Below, piece after piece: positions 1 to 14,974 of a stretch of 64,000 bases of DNA. This stretch comes from Mizuhopecten yessoensis. Taxonomy: Eukaryota. The notes beneath the pieces are model-generated. The model was given only the letters and a program-made list of their open reading frames with translations. It was not told the origin of the DNA and made no database searches. Both the position numbers and the translations under genes were made by a program. The stretch covers positions 792,591 through 856,590 of the forward strand of contig NW_018407357.1 of assembly GCF_002113885.1 (NCBI RefSeq), in the 5' to 3' direction. Position 1 is the first letter of the stretch, and each line of letters starts with the position of its first letter.

Positions 1-479
1 AACTACACAATCTTACCAGATAATACTAGCAAACGGCAAAATTGCAATGAAAGCCTATTCAAAATGGTGCTCTGTATTGTTGTCAAGCGTGACGTCATTA
101 CAATTTGGCGTCAAAAACTACGTAACACATTCCCGCGCTTTTCTGATGTAGCAATATTTGCGTCGCATGACGTGAAAAAATGTAAGAAATAGAAAATTTC
201 ATGGTTTTCCCGTTCAATCCGATATAATTATTTCATTTGTATAAAACGAATATGTGATAACAACCAAAAACCAACGTTATGGCAATGTATCTTCGTAGCA
301 GTCTCAACTATTATTCAAAGGGGCGGGGGCTACGAGTGACGCTTTAACCTAGAAGACAGTTGATGTTTTATCCAAAATAGTGAAATAGGTAAACATTGTT
401 AAAAGATATATTTGCAAAAATCGCTGCAATTTTGACAAAAGGTATATATTTTTTTATGTAAATCATCTTCATGTCCCGG

Positions 480-480
<1 letters not shown>

Positions 481-528
<48 letters not shown>
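481..528. repeat. (CT)n microsatellite
   Basis: About 23 perfect CT units; source of the spurious ERER ORF at 399-629. Confidence 0.97.
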
Positions 529-529
<1 letters not shown>

Positions 530-3500
530 AAGATGGCGTTATTACCAAATCGTTGATATTTAACGTGAGGCCTAAACGTGCAGTTAAAACTGTACATTTG
601 CGTGCTGTGGGACATTTATTTAGTGACAATATGAATTTGAAAGTTTTATTTAAATTTGGTATAGTTACAAACTACAAAACATAAGCTCTAATGAGCTTTT
701 AACCGAGAAAGTTATTTCACAATAGTGCAAAATGTAAGGATATTGAGCGTGAACGGAATATTCTGAACGACAAAATAATGCCATTAACAATTTATATAAT
801 TATAAATAATTAGATTTTAGTATGTAGGATATGTTCCCTCGTGGTTGTTGGACAGTCAGTGAGTCGTTTTCGTAAAAAGCTTTGGTGTCCAGCAGCTTTG
901 CTGCATTTTCTTGTTTTAACTGACAATGTGTTCATATTTTATCAGTCAGATTTTAAAGCAGGGTTGGCACATTGTACACCTGTCATTTTTTTCAGATGAT
1001 ACTGTTTTACAATCCACACACCATCACCAAAAAATGGGCACCCCTCGTGTCATGATGAACCTTCTATTTTTTTAGAGAACGATCTTAAATACTCGCGAAT
1101 ATTTCATTTTCCTCTCAGTTGTTCTAAAATTATGTCTTCCACATTTCATCTATTGTTTCAAGTAAATAGGTGATCTATAAACAGAAAATAAGAATTCCTT
1201 TATAATTTCTATTAAAAGTTTGAGGAAATGTAGCACTTACAATAAATATGATTTTGATAACTATACATCATGTCCGAACATTTCCAAATAAGAGAAATTT
1301 TATAATTTCGAGACCTGGTGATCGGACCTTTAATTGAGGCCATTTTTAATTGTAACGTGTAACAAACAATAAGTTATTTTGCATTAAATGTTGACAACGA
1401 TAAATGTCACTTTTTGAATCATTTGTAAACCTTATACAACACACTTCGTTGTCTGGATACATCAGGTCTAACACCATTGGGAGCCTCTTATCGATGGTTT
1501 CTGTTAATAGTCGATTATTTCACTGTGTATGTAATATATACCTTGTGTCATCTTAACGTCTTTTAACTATGTGAACAAAAGGTATTACACAGAGAAAGTG
1601 AAAGTATATTACTTATGCTATAAGGAATTGTTCAGTGCAAATCCATAATCTTAATTTCCTATTAACTAGATGTATCGAGCCTTGTGTCGGGTGCGGATAA
1701 TTTGTCAGTCTTGGTTGTTGATCAGCGTTTACGGTTGATTAATTCCACATTTGTCAGACGGTTTGTCTCCGACGTCACCACAAGGTTCTTTTTCAGTGTA
1801 ACGCTTGCACCTGCCAGTGACGTCGCAAAAATCGTGTACCACCCGTTCAAAATGCCGACAATCTATTCGGGAAGGTGAAAGACCCTGTAGGGTAAACAGA
1901 CACTAAAGCGAGGCCCGTTAAGCACTGATCTCCTATCTTAAATGTATATACTTAATTCCTATCTGATATTAAACTCCTAAAACTTTGATTATGCCTCAGT
2001 AAATACGCGTGTCGACCACATGTTTCTCTCACAGCCCTTGTTCAAATTAACCATTGTCATATAGTGTATAAAGAAACAGATTCCTTCACAACATCAAGTC
2101 ATGTAACGGAATGTTTCAAACCAGAAGATTGATTCAAAGAGGTTTATCTGTTGTGAAAGAGAAATGTATCTGAAGTGACTGTAATGACTAGGGTTAATTT
2201 GCCTTGTTTACTCTCGTTGTGTGTTTTAGGATGTAGTCGGTACCTTTGGCAACCGTAGAGTCAATATCGGGCTTAATTCAGCGGAAAACACAACCGAATC
2301 TTCATTTAAATAGGCAAGGAGTTTTACCTCCACAAACATACACACCAAATAGTTTGTTTAAGGTCAATTGAGCCTCTTTTCTTATCCATTGACTATACTC
2401 TGCGGTAATCTGCATTGACGGAGGTGCGGTCTTTTGATGCCGTCACCTTGCCTGAGGTCTGGAGATAATTGCAAACAATACCCCCAGTTTTCTGCTAACT
2501 TAATTGCTCCCCAGGGTGTCTCTGACCCCGGGTCCCTCATTGTTAACGCATCATTGACACGCTCCCTCCTAAGATAGACCTAACACCTGTAGGATATATA
2601 CTTTTCAAATTCATTTCATAAGTTTATGACATTTGAATTCAATAACCGAGGTGAATTTACGTATATGCGCAACAATACATGAAAAGAAATCGACTTCCAT
2701 TTTTACCTACTCGTTCTTCCGTCCATTATATACTGGTAGGGACATTAAACCTTGTTCCATGCAAAATATTCGTGCTTAACCGGCAAATAAATCAATAAAT
2801 GTATTTATATTTCATGCTTTTTGACGTATACATTCACCTTAAATGTAGATTCAGATACGATAATGTTTAAATTAATATTAAATTTGAATACGTTAGCATG
2901 TTTACACGCGTATAAAAGTGTTCGATATAGGACATTCCTGCCGCATACGTCTTTTTTTTTATGTTATTACTTGCGTATATATCTAGTAGATAATTGTGAT
3001 CGATATAATCATGTTAATGGCCGTACAAGTCAACAAATTTAAATCAAATTAAACGTTTTTTAAGGCTTCACTTGTCAAATGTTGGACGTATTAGCAATTC
3101 TAGAAACCTGCCAAACTGAGATGAGATAACTTTTAATTTGTTGATATGTGTACTTTAAAGGAGAAATGGATTTTATACCTGAGTATGAAATAGCACAAAC
3201 CAAAATGATATCGATTAAATATTGATCTCGAATCTGCTATCTTTTCACCACTCGACAATTGCTGTCAAAAAAGTGAAATATTGTGTTCTTACAGAACATG
3301 CGATTTCGGATATTCCAATAAATAGCTAATTGGAAATGAGAATCATAAATGCATTTTGAGGGAGCTTTGATTTTTCTATAGAATTTTATTTAATACCTGA
3401 CCGTGAAAGAAACACATGCCATATTGATATGTATTACTTAACGGTTAACTCCGACTTTACTCACAACATGTTTTGCTAATACTCCAAATGTTAATACTCG

Positions 3501-6500
3501 CCAATTAATGTCAAAAAGTGAGCGAATCTGTTCATCAGACCATTTATGCTATTTTGTCTTCATACCTCACACAAGTAGATACAGGTCGATTAAATCGACT
3601 GATTTTAGTGACTTAAAGCATTCAGTGTAATATCTGAAATATCATGATTAATGTGGTAAAAGGAAGCGCTTGAAAGTGATTTTTTTTTATAAAATAGTTA
3701 TCTTCTAGTAACACACTGGCTAAATTTCTGGTACATGTACAAACTTCAACGTCAAACAAAACGTTATAATTTCCACTTTCCGATCGCGTTCGTGTATTCT
3801 ATATATATCGTAATGTTGTATACGTAGGCGAGAAAGTCTCTGTTAGTAGAGAATTAAAACTGAATGGTAAATCTAGGCACCTGCTCTTTAGATTTCAAAA
3901 TAATACGAAGCTATTCCGGGATCTTTGTATACGTGCCCTTGGGAGTTTGAAATTTTTTCATATAATCCTTCATGATAGGAAATAAGAGGTCATAAGATCT
4001 AAGGCAATCTGGAGGATCAAAGGCATGTACACAACTTGTGTATTTGAGTTTATAAAGTAATCTCTACAGTAATTAAACATTAATTGACCAGCCTTTACAT
4101 AAGAATTGTAGTGTTTGTGATCAATTCGTTTAAGGTTAAGACCCTTCCGACGTTTGTTTACATCTCGAGCGATTCCATTTCCCGGAGTAGCTTTAGAGTG
4201 CATTGTTATGGGGTATATTTCAATTATCCAACTCTTACCAAAATAGCAAAGTTTCCGTCACGGCGTGTTCTATTACGATTGAATCACTTCAGTGCGGCGC
4301 TTTCGATTGCATACATGTAGCCTACTACAAACACTCGTGGTGTGACGTAACTAGCAATGTTGACAAAGTCAGTGCTTTATCTTGGAAAACAATAATTACA
4401 CCAAGTGTTGTAATTGCTATGAAGATTAAAGTTGGAGTGTCTTGTTTGTACGTATATTAGCACAAGGGTTTAATCACCCAGCCCCCGTGTTAGATAATAC
4501 ACAATCACAAACAAAGCTCCAATCTATTTCGCTGAATTACAAACATTAGTGATAGTAACCCATATATCTAAAGGACACGATGAACTGGTATCGGCATCTC
4601 TCGCGGAAATTGAAAGCCAATTCAAATAAAAACATTCCAAATCTACCGTGGAATACAGTATGCAGATATTCAATCGGAGTATATACGCACACACATTATC
4701 GATCTTTGATAGTTCTTATCGTGTGAACACTAGGACCCCTAGTGGGTTTACCTTATAATTGCTATTATGTATTGACTTTTCTGTATGAAAAATATCAATT
4801 TAATGTTCAAGTAAATAATTTATTTAAAATAAAATATGGATACTTGGAGTGCTGTGGAAAACCTCATATATGCTACAAAACGAGTGATAAACTTAGTAAG
4901 CAAGTCTTGTTTTATAATCCAGCCATTGTCTATTTCATTTGTATGCGTCCTGCATGAAGCAATGACGAAATTATACAATACGTTGTGTATTTATCAACAT
5001 GAAAATAGGCTCTTCGTATGATAGATATAGCTGATGTGCAGAAACAAAAATGTCGTCACACATGATATATGTGTTTAGAATAACCTATGTGGCGGGCTGT
5101 TAGGACGCATGTAACGGATTGTAATCGACCCTTGTCTCATTTAATGAGTTGTATGAACCTTGTCGTAGGCGTGGTTTCACGTGACGAGTTTCTAGAACAT
5201 TGTCATGCGTGACCAGTTGTTAGGACGTCGATAAATATTCTGTATGCACGTTACCGGGACTCGGACGCGTCCCAGCACTTTCGGACACCAAATACTAGTT
5301 GGCCTCACAGAAGACGGTGTTGATAAACAAGACAATGGTTTATCAAATACTATTCATCAACACCTTACATATACAATACCATGCGTATTGAAATAAACTC
5401 GATCTAACTTTAATGAGATCACTGCTCGTTACCGTTTATTAGTATGTCACTAGGAAGATCTGACAACATCCCACAACTATTATATGGGAAATTCAAATAA
5501 TAAAAGTAATTAAATGTATTGGACTACGGAACGGCAGGCGCCTAGTGTAGAGTAAAACACACCAAACGTCGACATACGGTTTTTGTTCGGACAGGATCCC
5601 CGCACCTCTTTTTTTCTTTCGTTGATCTTTCCGTAAACGAAAAAACCCCACCAACAACCCCATGACAAATGCTTCAACTGTACGGAAGGAATAACCCTTC
5701 GCCATCAGTATACCATCAAATGCCCATTGAACGGTCCCACTCTGTCACGGGGTTTCCAAACTATGAATAGGACAGGTACTGTCACGTCAAGTGATTACGT
5801 CATTACTTCACGTGGGATGTCGTAAGTATGTTAAGGCAGGGACGTATAAAAAAAAATATACTGTCCCTGGTTAAGGAAACCGTAAGATGACATCGATAAA
5901 CGAGCGACACGTGCTATCTCTCTCCCTGTTGTCCAATATCGTTTAATTTTGTTGTTTGATTGTATAACATTATCCTTCTGGTTGTCTGTGGGTAGATCTA
6001 CCCTGGTTTTCTATATCCAATGCCATATCATTATTGTGGTCGTGAAATGTCCTACAGCTATGTCACAAGGACGTGTAACACCTAGAGGAACTGTGGCGAA
6101 GGATGTCACAATGTCCATGGGCATGCACACAGACTTATGACAATATTTGGTTATAAACGCCCCTCTTCACGCGCTGGTGTAACGAGCGCCCCAAGTAGGT
6201 ATCACGCACGCGACAGTCGTCAGTCTTTGTGACGTCACCCTGATCGCTGGGAGTCTTGTTACCAACCGGACTTCTTGGCAGTTGACACTGTATCCCCACA
6301 GGTAAACACTGGACGGAATCGACACAGCATTAACACGTTTGGTGAAATGTTCTGCTGACCAATTTTCGGGAAATCAACATGTCAGCGATCATTATGGAGG
6401 TCGATAAGGAGATCACAGGTCATTATCAGAAAATGACCGTTCAATTGCATTGTTACGGGGTTATCTATTGTTGTACCTCCCAAACCTCGATCGATCGTCC

Positions 6501-6879
6501 GGGAACCGTTTGAGTGCTTTGACTAGGATTTTGTACTCAAGCTCAATAAGTGATTGAAGTGAGAAAAGTGCCTTTTAAAATCTTACGTTATTCAATATTT
6601 TATAGGTACAGTTCTTAGCCTGCTTATTTAGCGAGGCGTTGCAAAACGGCGAGTGAGATTTTCGAAATAAGTCCTGCTGTAAGTTCCATACGGGCTACCT
6701 ACATATATATAACACTGTTGGAATTACTTCTTTGCCCCATATATATGTATATAATGTTGACGAATTACTTCTTATTACCATAGTAACGACCATAAGGTTA
6801 TAACAAACTCGATCTCAAACCTGTTAGATGATATCATCGGTAAACAATAGACCCGTTAGTCTAGACACTCTTGTATATA

Positions 6880-8245
6880 AATACAGGGAGGCTTCATTAC
6901 TCCGGACACTTTGGTTTATGTATAAGGGGAGGCTTCATTAGTCCGGACACTTTAGTTAATGTATATTAGGAGGCTTCATTAGTCCGGACACTTTGGTATA
7001 TGTATACAGGGAGGCTTCATTAGTCCGGACACTTTGGTATATGTATACAAGAAGGCTTCATTAGTCCGGACACTTTGGTATTTATATACAGTAAGGCTTC
7101 ATTAGTCCGAACACTTTGGTATATGTATACAGGGACGCTTCATTAGTCTGTACACTTTGGTATATGTATATTAGGAGGCTTCATTAGTCCGAACACTTTG
7201 GTATATGTATATTAGGAGGCTTCATTACTCCGGAGACTTTGGTATATGTATATTAGGAGGCTTCATTAGTCTGGACACTTTGGTATATGTATACAGGGAC
7301 GCTTCATTAGTTCGGACACTTTGGTATATGTATACAGGGACGCTTCATTAGTCTGTACACTTTGGTATATGTATACAGGGACGCTTTATTAGTCCAGACA
7401 CTTTGGTATATGTATACAGGGAGGCTTCATTAGTCCGGACACTTTGGTATATGCATAGGTGAAGGCTTCATTACTCCGGACTCTTTGGTTTATGTGTACA
7501 GGGAGGCTTCATTAGTCCGAACACTTTGGTATATGTATAGGGGGAGGCTTCATTACTCCGGTCAATTTGGTATATGTATACAGGGAGGCTTCATTACTCC
7601 GGACTCTTTGGTTTATGCATACAGGGTGGCTTCATTAGTCCGGACACTATGATATATGTATACAGGGAGGCTTCATTACTCCGGACACTTTGGTATATGT
7701 ATATAAGAAGGCTTCATTAGTCCGGACACTTTGGTATTTATATACAGTGAGGCTTCATTAGTTCGAACACTTTGGTTTCTTTGTACAGGAATGCTTCATT
7801 ACTCCGGACACTTTGGTATATGAATACAGGGACGCTGCATTAGTCTGTACACTTTGGTATATGTATATTAGGAGGTTTCATTAGTCCGGACACTTTGGTA
7901 TATGTATACAGTGAGGCTTCATTAGTCCGGACACTTTGGTATATGTATATTAGGAGGCTTCATTAGTCCGGACACTATGGTATATTTATACAGGGAGGCT
8001 TCAACAGTGCGGACATTTTGGTATATGTATACAGGGTGGCATAGTCCGGATACATTGGTTTATATACACAGGGAGGCATCGATTGTCCTGATAAATTGGT
8101 TTATATACACAGCGAGGGCTCGCTAGTAACGTATACAATAGAGCTCGTAAGACATATTGACATATGTTTTCAGTGAAACCTCATTAGTCCGGACAATTTG
8201 GTATTCGTATACACACTGGAGCCTCGATAGTCCGGACATCTTGGC
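6880..8245. repeat. 41-bp tandem satellite (acagggaggcttcattagtccggacactttggtatatgtat), ~30 copies, degenerate at right end
   Basis: tccggacac recurs every 41 nt (6901, 6942, 6983...). Confidence 0.95.
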
Positions 8246-8800
8246 TTCCCTACAGTAACCGGAATTTTGGTAGAAGACTAAAATATTTTCTTTTCTTTTC
8301 CCAAACATATCGTCGCGTTGATAACAGTATACTTACTGACTAAGCATGTCAATGCGCATTGTTTTCGATGTCTGAAATAAGTTGGTTCATCCTTGACCCC
8401 GCGGGTAACACTTATCGCTGTGTCCCCCACCCACGCCCCCGCATTACGTGAATGAAAAGGAAGGATGTTTGGTCATAGGGAGATGTACATATACGGCTGG
8501 GGGTCGAGAATGAACATCTTGCGTTTAAGTGATATACTTGTGGAACTATAAGGCAGTGACAAAGTGGGTGTACTGTAAGGCGATAGAGTTACGTACTTTC
8601 ATGCTATTTATGGACATTGAATGTAAGTATACGATATCTCGGTAGAACAGGACGAGAGGAGATACACAGACACTGCCGTGCACTGAACATTACACATCTC
8701 ATGGTCTCAATAATGTATCAAGTGTATATCAGCACTGACATAAACTATAGAGGGTCACTCCGTATAGAGAACACATAGATTCCTGTAAGGTCCAATACTC

Positions 8801-9064
8801 GGCCTGTATTCATGAAACCGTTCTCATGCTTAAGCATGGATTTTGTGCTCAAACCAACTTTCTTGTAACTCACATTAAATCATGTCAAATGATCAAAAAG
8901 TCAAATGTAAACACTGAAAACGTTTTTTGACTTTTGGTCTCTTCAATTTTTCCCAAATCATTGTCAAAATAAAATGTCGTTTATTAATTAACAACGGAAC
9001 AAGAAATCAGGCTTGAGCACAAAATCGATACTTGAGCATAAGAACGGTTTCGTGAATACAGACC
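8801..9064. mobile_element. Non-autonomous MITE with ~55-bp terminal inverted repeats (GGCC/GACC ends, possibly PIF/Harbinger-like)
   Basis: ggcctgtattcatgaaaccgttctcatgcttaagc at left pairs with gagcataagaacggtttcgtgaatacagacc at right; superfamily assignment is inference. Confidence 0.7.
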
Positions 9065-9879
9065 TTGATGACGCGCTAGCCTCGGGGCAAGTACGTATTG
9101 TGAACATTGTCGTCTAATGCGTACATCATCTGACACAGTACATATTTTGTAGATTGCAGACCAAATAGTCTTGTTCAGTACGGTCGTATTGTGTAGCTGT
9201 TAGCCCAAATAATGTACTTCTGGCCTGGAACGTATTGTGTAGCTGTTAGCCCAAATGACACATACAGTTTCTGGCCCGGTACCTATTTGGTGTTCCAAAT
9301 AACGTACTTCTTGCCCAGTACTTGTTTTATACGTTTTAGTCTAAATAACGTACTTTTTGGCCCAGTTCGTATTGTGTAGCTGTTGACCTGTACAGTATCT
9401 GGCCCGGTAACAAAAAGGGAGACAATCCTGGCTATTGTTGTTTTTTAGCCTAAATAACGTGTCTGGTGCGATATGAAAACGATATGATGGAATAACTAGA
9501 GTTTCTAGAAAAAATGCACGCAGTCACTCTTAATTCCTTATCTGAATTTTTTTTTCGATATCACCTTGCAGTATCAGCGGGCATAGCTTGATAACGAGTC
9601 AAATACACCATTTCTATTTTTGTGTGATCGGTTTTCGTGTCATCGAGTTCAATCATTCCGCTCAACAATTTCACAACACTGCAGCGACCCCTGTCTAATT
9701 CGACCATCACCATGACCGATATACCTGTTCGGACTAGACAGGATGTTATATATACCAGGGGTTTGACATGGACATGACAGTGGTTTGTTTAGGGTCAGCA
9801 TGAAGACGGTGACCACGGATGATACCCATTGATCGGGCTACTTAGGGGTTACTTGAAAAGTGTTATCTCACTGAAATGT

Positions 9880-9990
9880 CACGACCTGGACATGATACAC
9901 ACGGTCACATTATACTGATAACGGACAACCCACTCCTTAACTGTCACCCATTGAAAGCTGAGCGGCAAGCAGAGAGCAGCAAGATTTCGA
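9880..9990 (-). mobile_element. Degenerate SINE body fragment (family also at ~19060-19230)
   Basis: Shared motif ggtcac(a/g)ttatactga...; resembles recalled mollusc Meta-type SINE bodies. Confidence 0.4.
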
Positions 9991-10469
9991 TCACACCTTC
10001 CTTCCGACCGCTCAACATCAAGGACAATAGCGAGGTATTTATAGCGAGGCATTTCCAAGTAAAGCGACCCGTGCAGGTTCGAAGAAAAAAATAGCCTGCT
10101 GTATTCCACTACACATGTATCGTAAGAGCCGACTAGTAAGATAATATTGAAAAGACCAAAATTGATCTGATGACTCCATAGTAACACGTGAGCTATTTTT
10201 GTTTCCTATCTATTCTGTCTTCTTTCTTTTCTATGTTCTTTCTTTTTCCGCTGTTGTCTCCTTAGGTATTTGTCCTCGTATGATCCTGGCTATTGGGAGG
10301 ACGTTTAATCCCCAAAATAAACAAATAAAACCAAGTAAGGTGTTAGGAAACGTAATTGTAGTTAAAATAGACAGAAAATATATAGATCCTTAATAAAAAG
10401 AACCTTTTCGTCAGAGTGTTCTCACCTAAGTTGCCTCTTACAAATCAAGCAGTTGGTAACTTTTCGGAT

Positions 10470-10730
10470 CCCCGACTTCCGGCTGTGAGACACGACTTTC
10501 CCGACTTCCAGCTGTGAGACATGATATTCCCGACTTCCGGCTGTGAGACACGACATTCCCGACTTCCAGCTGTGAGATATGATATTCCCGACTTCCGGCT
10601 GTGAGACATGATATTCCCACCTTCCGGGTATAAGACATTACGTTCCCGATTTCCGGCTGTGAGACATGACATTCCCGACTTCCGGTTGTGATAAATGACA
10701 TTCCTGACCTCCGGGTATGAGACATGACAT
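10470..10730. repeat. 29-bp minisatellite (cccgacttccggctgtgagacatgatatt), ~9 copies
   Basis: Direct periodicity. Confidence 0.93.
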
Positions 10731-11509
10731 TTGGTAGAAGGCCTGGTTTATACAGTTTTTTGATTATTCTTTACATATTCTAGATATGTCGATAATTTAA
10801 CATAGAACACACATTTCAACAATAAAGTAAGTTTTACTCACAACTCGAAGCGGCAAATTGTCTTCAAAAGTTAAACTCCAAATATCTTTCAAATCAAATG
10901 TCCATAAAAGGAATGATTAAAGGTTTTTTTCTATATCGGACTTGGCTTACTGACAAAGATATTCAAAATAATTGTATACACAGATAAATACAAATAACTA
11001 GAGACAAAAAACTTTTGAATGTGCTGACGACTGCAAATTTTAAAAGCTCGTTAATTGTTTCTGAACCTCACCAACAGAAGAAGTTAGGTTGATACGACAC
11101 TGATAAGTACACCGATATATCGTCTGGAATGCTGGAATCTCTGGGTTGAGGTCGGGTCATATCGACAAAGTCTTCAATATACACTCGCCAATAATTCTCG
11201 CCTTTTCAACCTGAGTAATTTTTCATGCTGTAATCGTTGGACCTGGTCCTGTTTTAGCTATGAATATACTTTTAACAACATGTGGTGTGATTAAGGCTGT
11301 ATATCACTGCCGATAGATTTATTACCGACTTCATATCGTTGGATTGCCTGATGACGTGAGCATACGTCAACAGAGGGACATGTCCCTTCAGGCTTATCGG
11401 GGTACGTAAGTACTCTGGAAACGTTAGTGTTATATAAATAAATTTTGAATTGTAAACTGAAAATTAACATTTCTAAACTGCAAATGCTTTTCATCGTACC
11501 GATTCTCTC

Positions 11510-14176
11510 AGCATCACACTGACTCTCAACATTACTGACTGACTTTCAACATCACACCGATCGCGACTCTCAACATCGCACCGACTCTCAACTTCACCGA
11601 CTAACTTTCAACATCACATCGACTCTCAACTTCACCGACTGACTTTCACACAAACTCCAAACATCACACAGACTCAAATATCACACTGATTCTCAACATC
11701 AAACTAGCTCTCAACATCACACTGGCTCTCAACATCACACTAGCTCTCAACATCACACTAGCTCCCAACATCACACTAGCTCTCAACATCACACTAGCTC
11801 CTAACATCACACTGAATCTCAACATCACACTAGCTCTCAACATCACACTAGCTCTCAACATCACACTGAATCTCAACATCACACAAACTCTCAACATCAC
11901 ACTGACTCTCAACATCACACAAACTCCAAACATCATACTGGCTCTCAACATCACACAGAATCTCATCATCACACTGAATCTCAACATCACACTAGCTCTC
12001 AACATCACACAAGCTCTCAACATCACACTAGCTCCCAACATCACACTGACTCTCAACATCATTCTGACTCTTAACATCACACTGACTCTCAACATCACCG
12101 TGGCTCTCAACATCACGCTGACTCTCAACATCACACAAACTCCAAACATCACACTGACTCAAAACATCACACTGATTCTCAACATCACACAAACTCCCAA
12201 CATCACACTGACTCTCAACATCACACTAGCTCTAAACATCACACTGACTCTCAACATCACACTAGCTCTCAACATCACACTAGCTCTCAACATCACACTA
12301 GCTCTCAACATCATACTAGATCCTAACATCACACTGAATCTCAACATCACACTAGCTCTCAACATCACACAAGCTCTCAACATCACACTGAATCTCAACA
12401 TCATACCGACTCTCAACATCACACTGGCTCTGAACATCACATCAGCTCTCAACATCACACTAGCTCCCAACATCACACTAGCTCTCAACATCACACTAGC
12501 TCTCAACATCATACTAGGTCCTAACATCACACTGAATCTCAACATCACACTAGCTCCTAACATCACACTGACTCTCAACATCACACTAGCTCTCAACATC
12601 ACACTGACTCTCAACATCACCCTAGCTCTCAACATCACACTGAATCTCAACATCACACTGAATCTCAACATCATACCGACTCTCAACATCACACTGGCTC
12701 TGAACATCACATCAGCTCTCAACATCACACTAGCTCCCAACATCACACTAGCTCTCAACATCACACTAGCTCTCAACATCATACTAGGTCCTAACATCAC
12801 ACTGAATCTCAACATCACACTAGCTTCCAACATCAAACTGACTCTCAACATCACACTAGCTCTCAACATCACACTAGCTCTCAACATCATACTAGATCCT
12901 AACATCACACTGAATCTCAACATCACACTAGCTTCCAACATCAAACTGACTCTCAACATCACACTAGCTCTCAACATCACACTGACTCTCAACATCACCC
13001 TAGCTCTCAACATCACACTGAATCTCAACATCACACTGAATCTCAACATCATACTAGCTCTCAACATCACACTGAATCTCAACATCACACAAACTCTCAA
13101 CATCACACTGACTCTCAACATCACACAAACTCCAAACATCACACTGACTCAAAACATCACACTGATTCTCAACATCACACAAACTCCCAACATCACACTG
13201 ACTCTCAACATCACACTGACCCTTAACATCACACTGACTCTCAACATCACCGTGGCTCTCAACATCACGCTGACTCTCAACATCACACAAACTCCAAACA
13301 TCATACTGGCTCTCAACATCACACAGAATCTCATCATCACACTGAATCTCAACATCACACTAGCTCTCAACATCACACTAGCTCTCAACATCACACTAGC
13401 TCTCAACATCATACTAGATCCTAACATCACACTGAATCTCAACATCACACTAGCTTCCAACATCAAACTGACTCTCAACATCACACTAGCTCTCAACATC
13501 ACACTAACTCTCAACATCACACTAGCTCCTAACATCACACTGAATCTCAACATCACACTAGCTCCTAACATCACACTGACTCTCAACATCACACTAGCTC
13601 TCAACATCACACTGACTCTCAACATCACACTGACCCTTAACATCACACTGACTCTCAACATCACCGTGGCTCTCGACATCACACTGACTCTCAACATCAC
13701 ACAAACTCCAAACATCATACTGGCTCTCAACATCACACAGAATCTCATCATCACACTGAATCGCAAGAACACACTAGCTCTCAACATTACACTGAATCTC
13801 AACATCACACTGACTCTCAACATCGCACTGACTCTTAACATCACACTGACTCTCAACATCACCGTGGCTCTCAACATCACACTGACTCTCAACATCACAC
13901 AAACTCCAAACATCATACTGACTCTCAACATCACACAGAATCTCATCATCACACTGAATCGCAACATCACACTAGCTCTCAACATTACACTGAATCTCAA
14001 CATCACACTGAATCTCAACATCATACCGACTCTCAACATCACACTGACTCTCAACATCACACTAGCTCTCAACATCACACTAGCTCCTACCATCACACTG
14101 AATCTCAACATCACACTAGCTCTCAACATCACACTAGCTCTCAACATCACACTGAATCTCAACATCATACCGACTG
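11510..14176. repeat. 18-bp minisatellite (actctcaacatcacactg/a), ~145 copies, with higher-order variant blocks
   Basis: aacatcac recurs every 18 nt; explains the low-complexity ORFs 12100-14262(+) and 11664-14231(-). Confidence 0.97.
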
Positions 14177-14974
14177 TAACGTTGGACGACCGGTCGGTAG
14201 CTGAGAGAATACAGAACGATTTGTTATACAATATCTACAAGTTTATTTACAATAATTATTGAAGAAAACCCCCATAAGTATGTACTCACACTCACAAACA
14301 CACATTCATACATTCAACACTAAATGTCATTACTCCGGTTGGTGGAGTCACAGTTGCCGCTTGTATACCAATAGTTCCACTGACCATGTGGGCATTACAC
14401 AATACAATCTGGAAAGGATCCGATGGACTAAACAAGTCTCACAAACTTGTGTTCCGCTTTACCATATATTCCACGTCCGCTAATCATGGATGCAGAAGGG
14501 TCTAGCACCGATGTGCTATAATGCAGGCCTCCGGCTCCGCAGATGATCTGAGGACTGCTGCCTCACTGACGAATGATGTCAGTACAACTATGAGTTGTCT
14601 GTCCTTGCAGAACTGACCCACTGTGTGTAGCACCAGTTGTCTGCTCTTGTGGAACTGACCCAATGTGTGTAGCGCCAGTTGTCTCGTCCACATTCCTCTC
14701 ACCTACCAACCCGTTCATGGAAATCACATCGCAGGTGTTATGCATCTGAATTCCGGGTGGTTTTTATGGCAAGATGACATACAGGTCCATCTTGGTCATA
14801 TTGGCTCTCGTGTAGTACTTTGACCACTCGCGGACGCTCTCGCAAACGCATACTTACCTCGAAGCGGGAATATTCAAAAACCGAGACTTATCCAAATAAG
14901 TGATAAAACAATATACATTATCAATACAAACATAAATATATATATACAACATTCCTCTACCAATATGCGATCGT

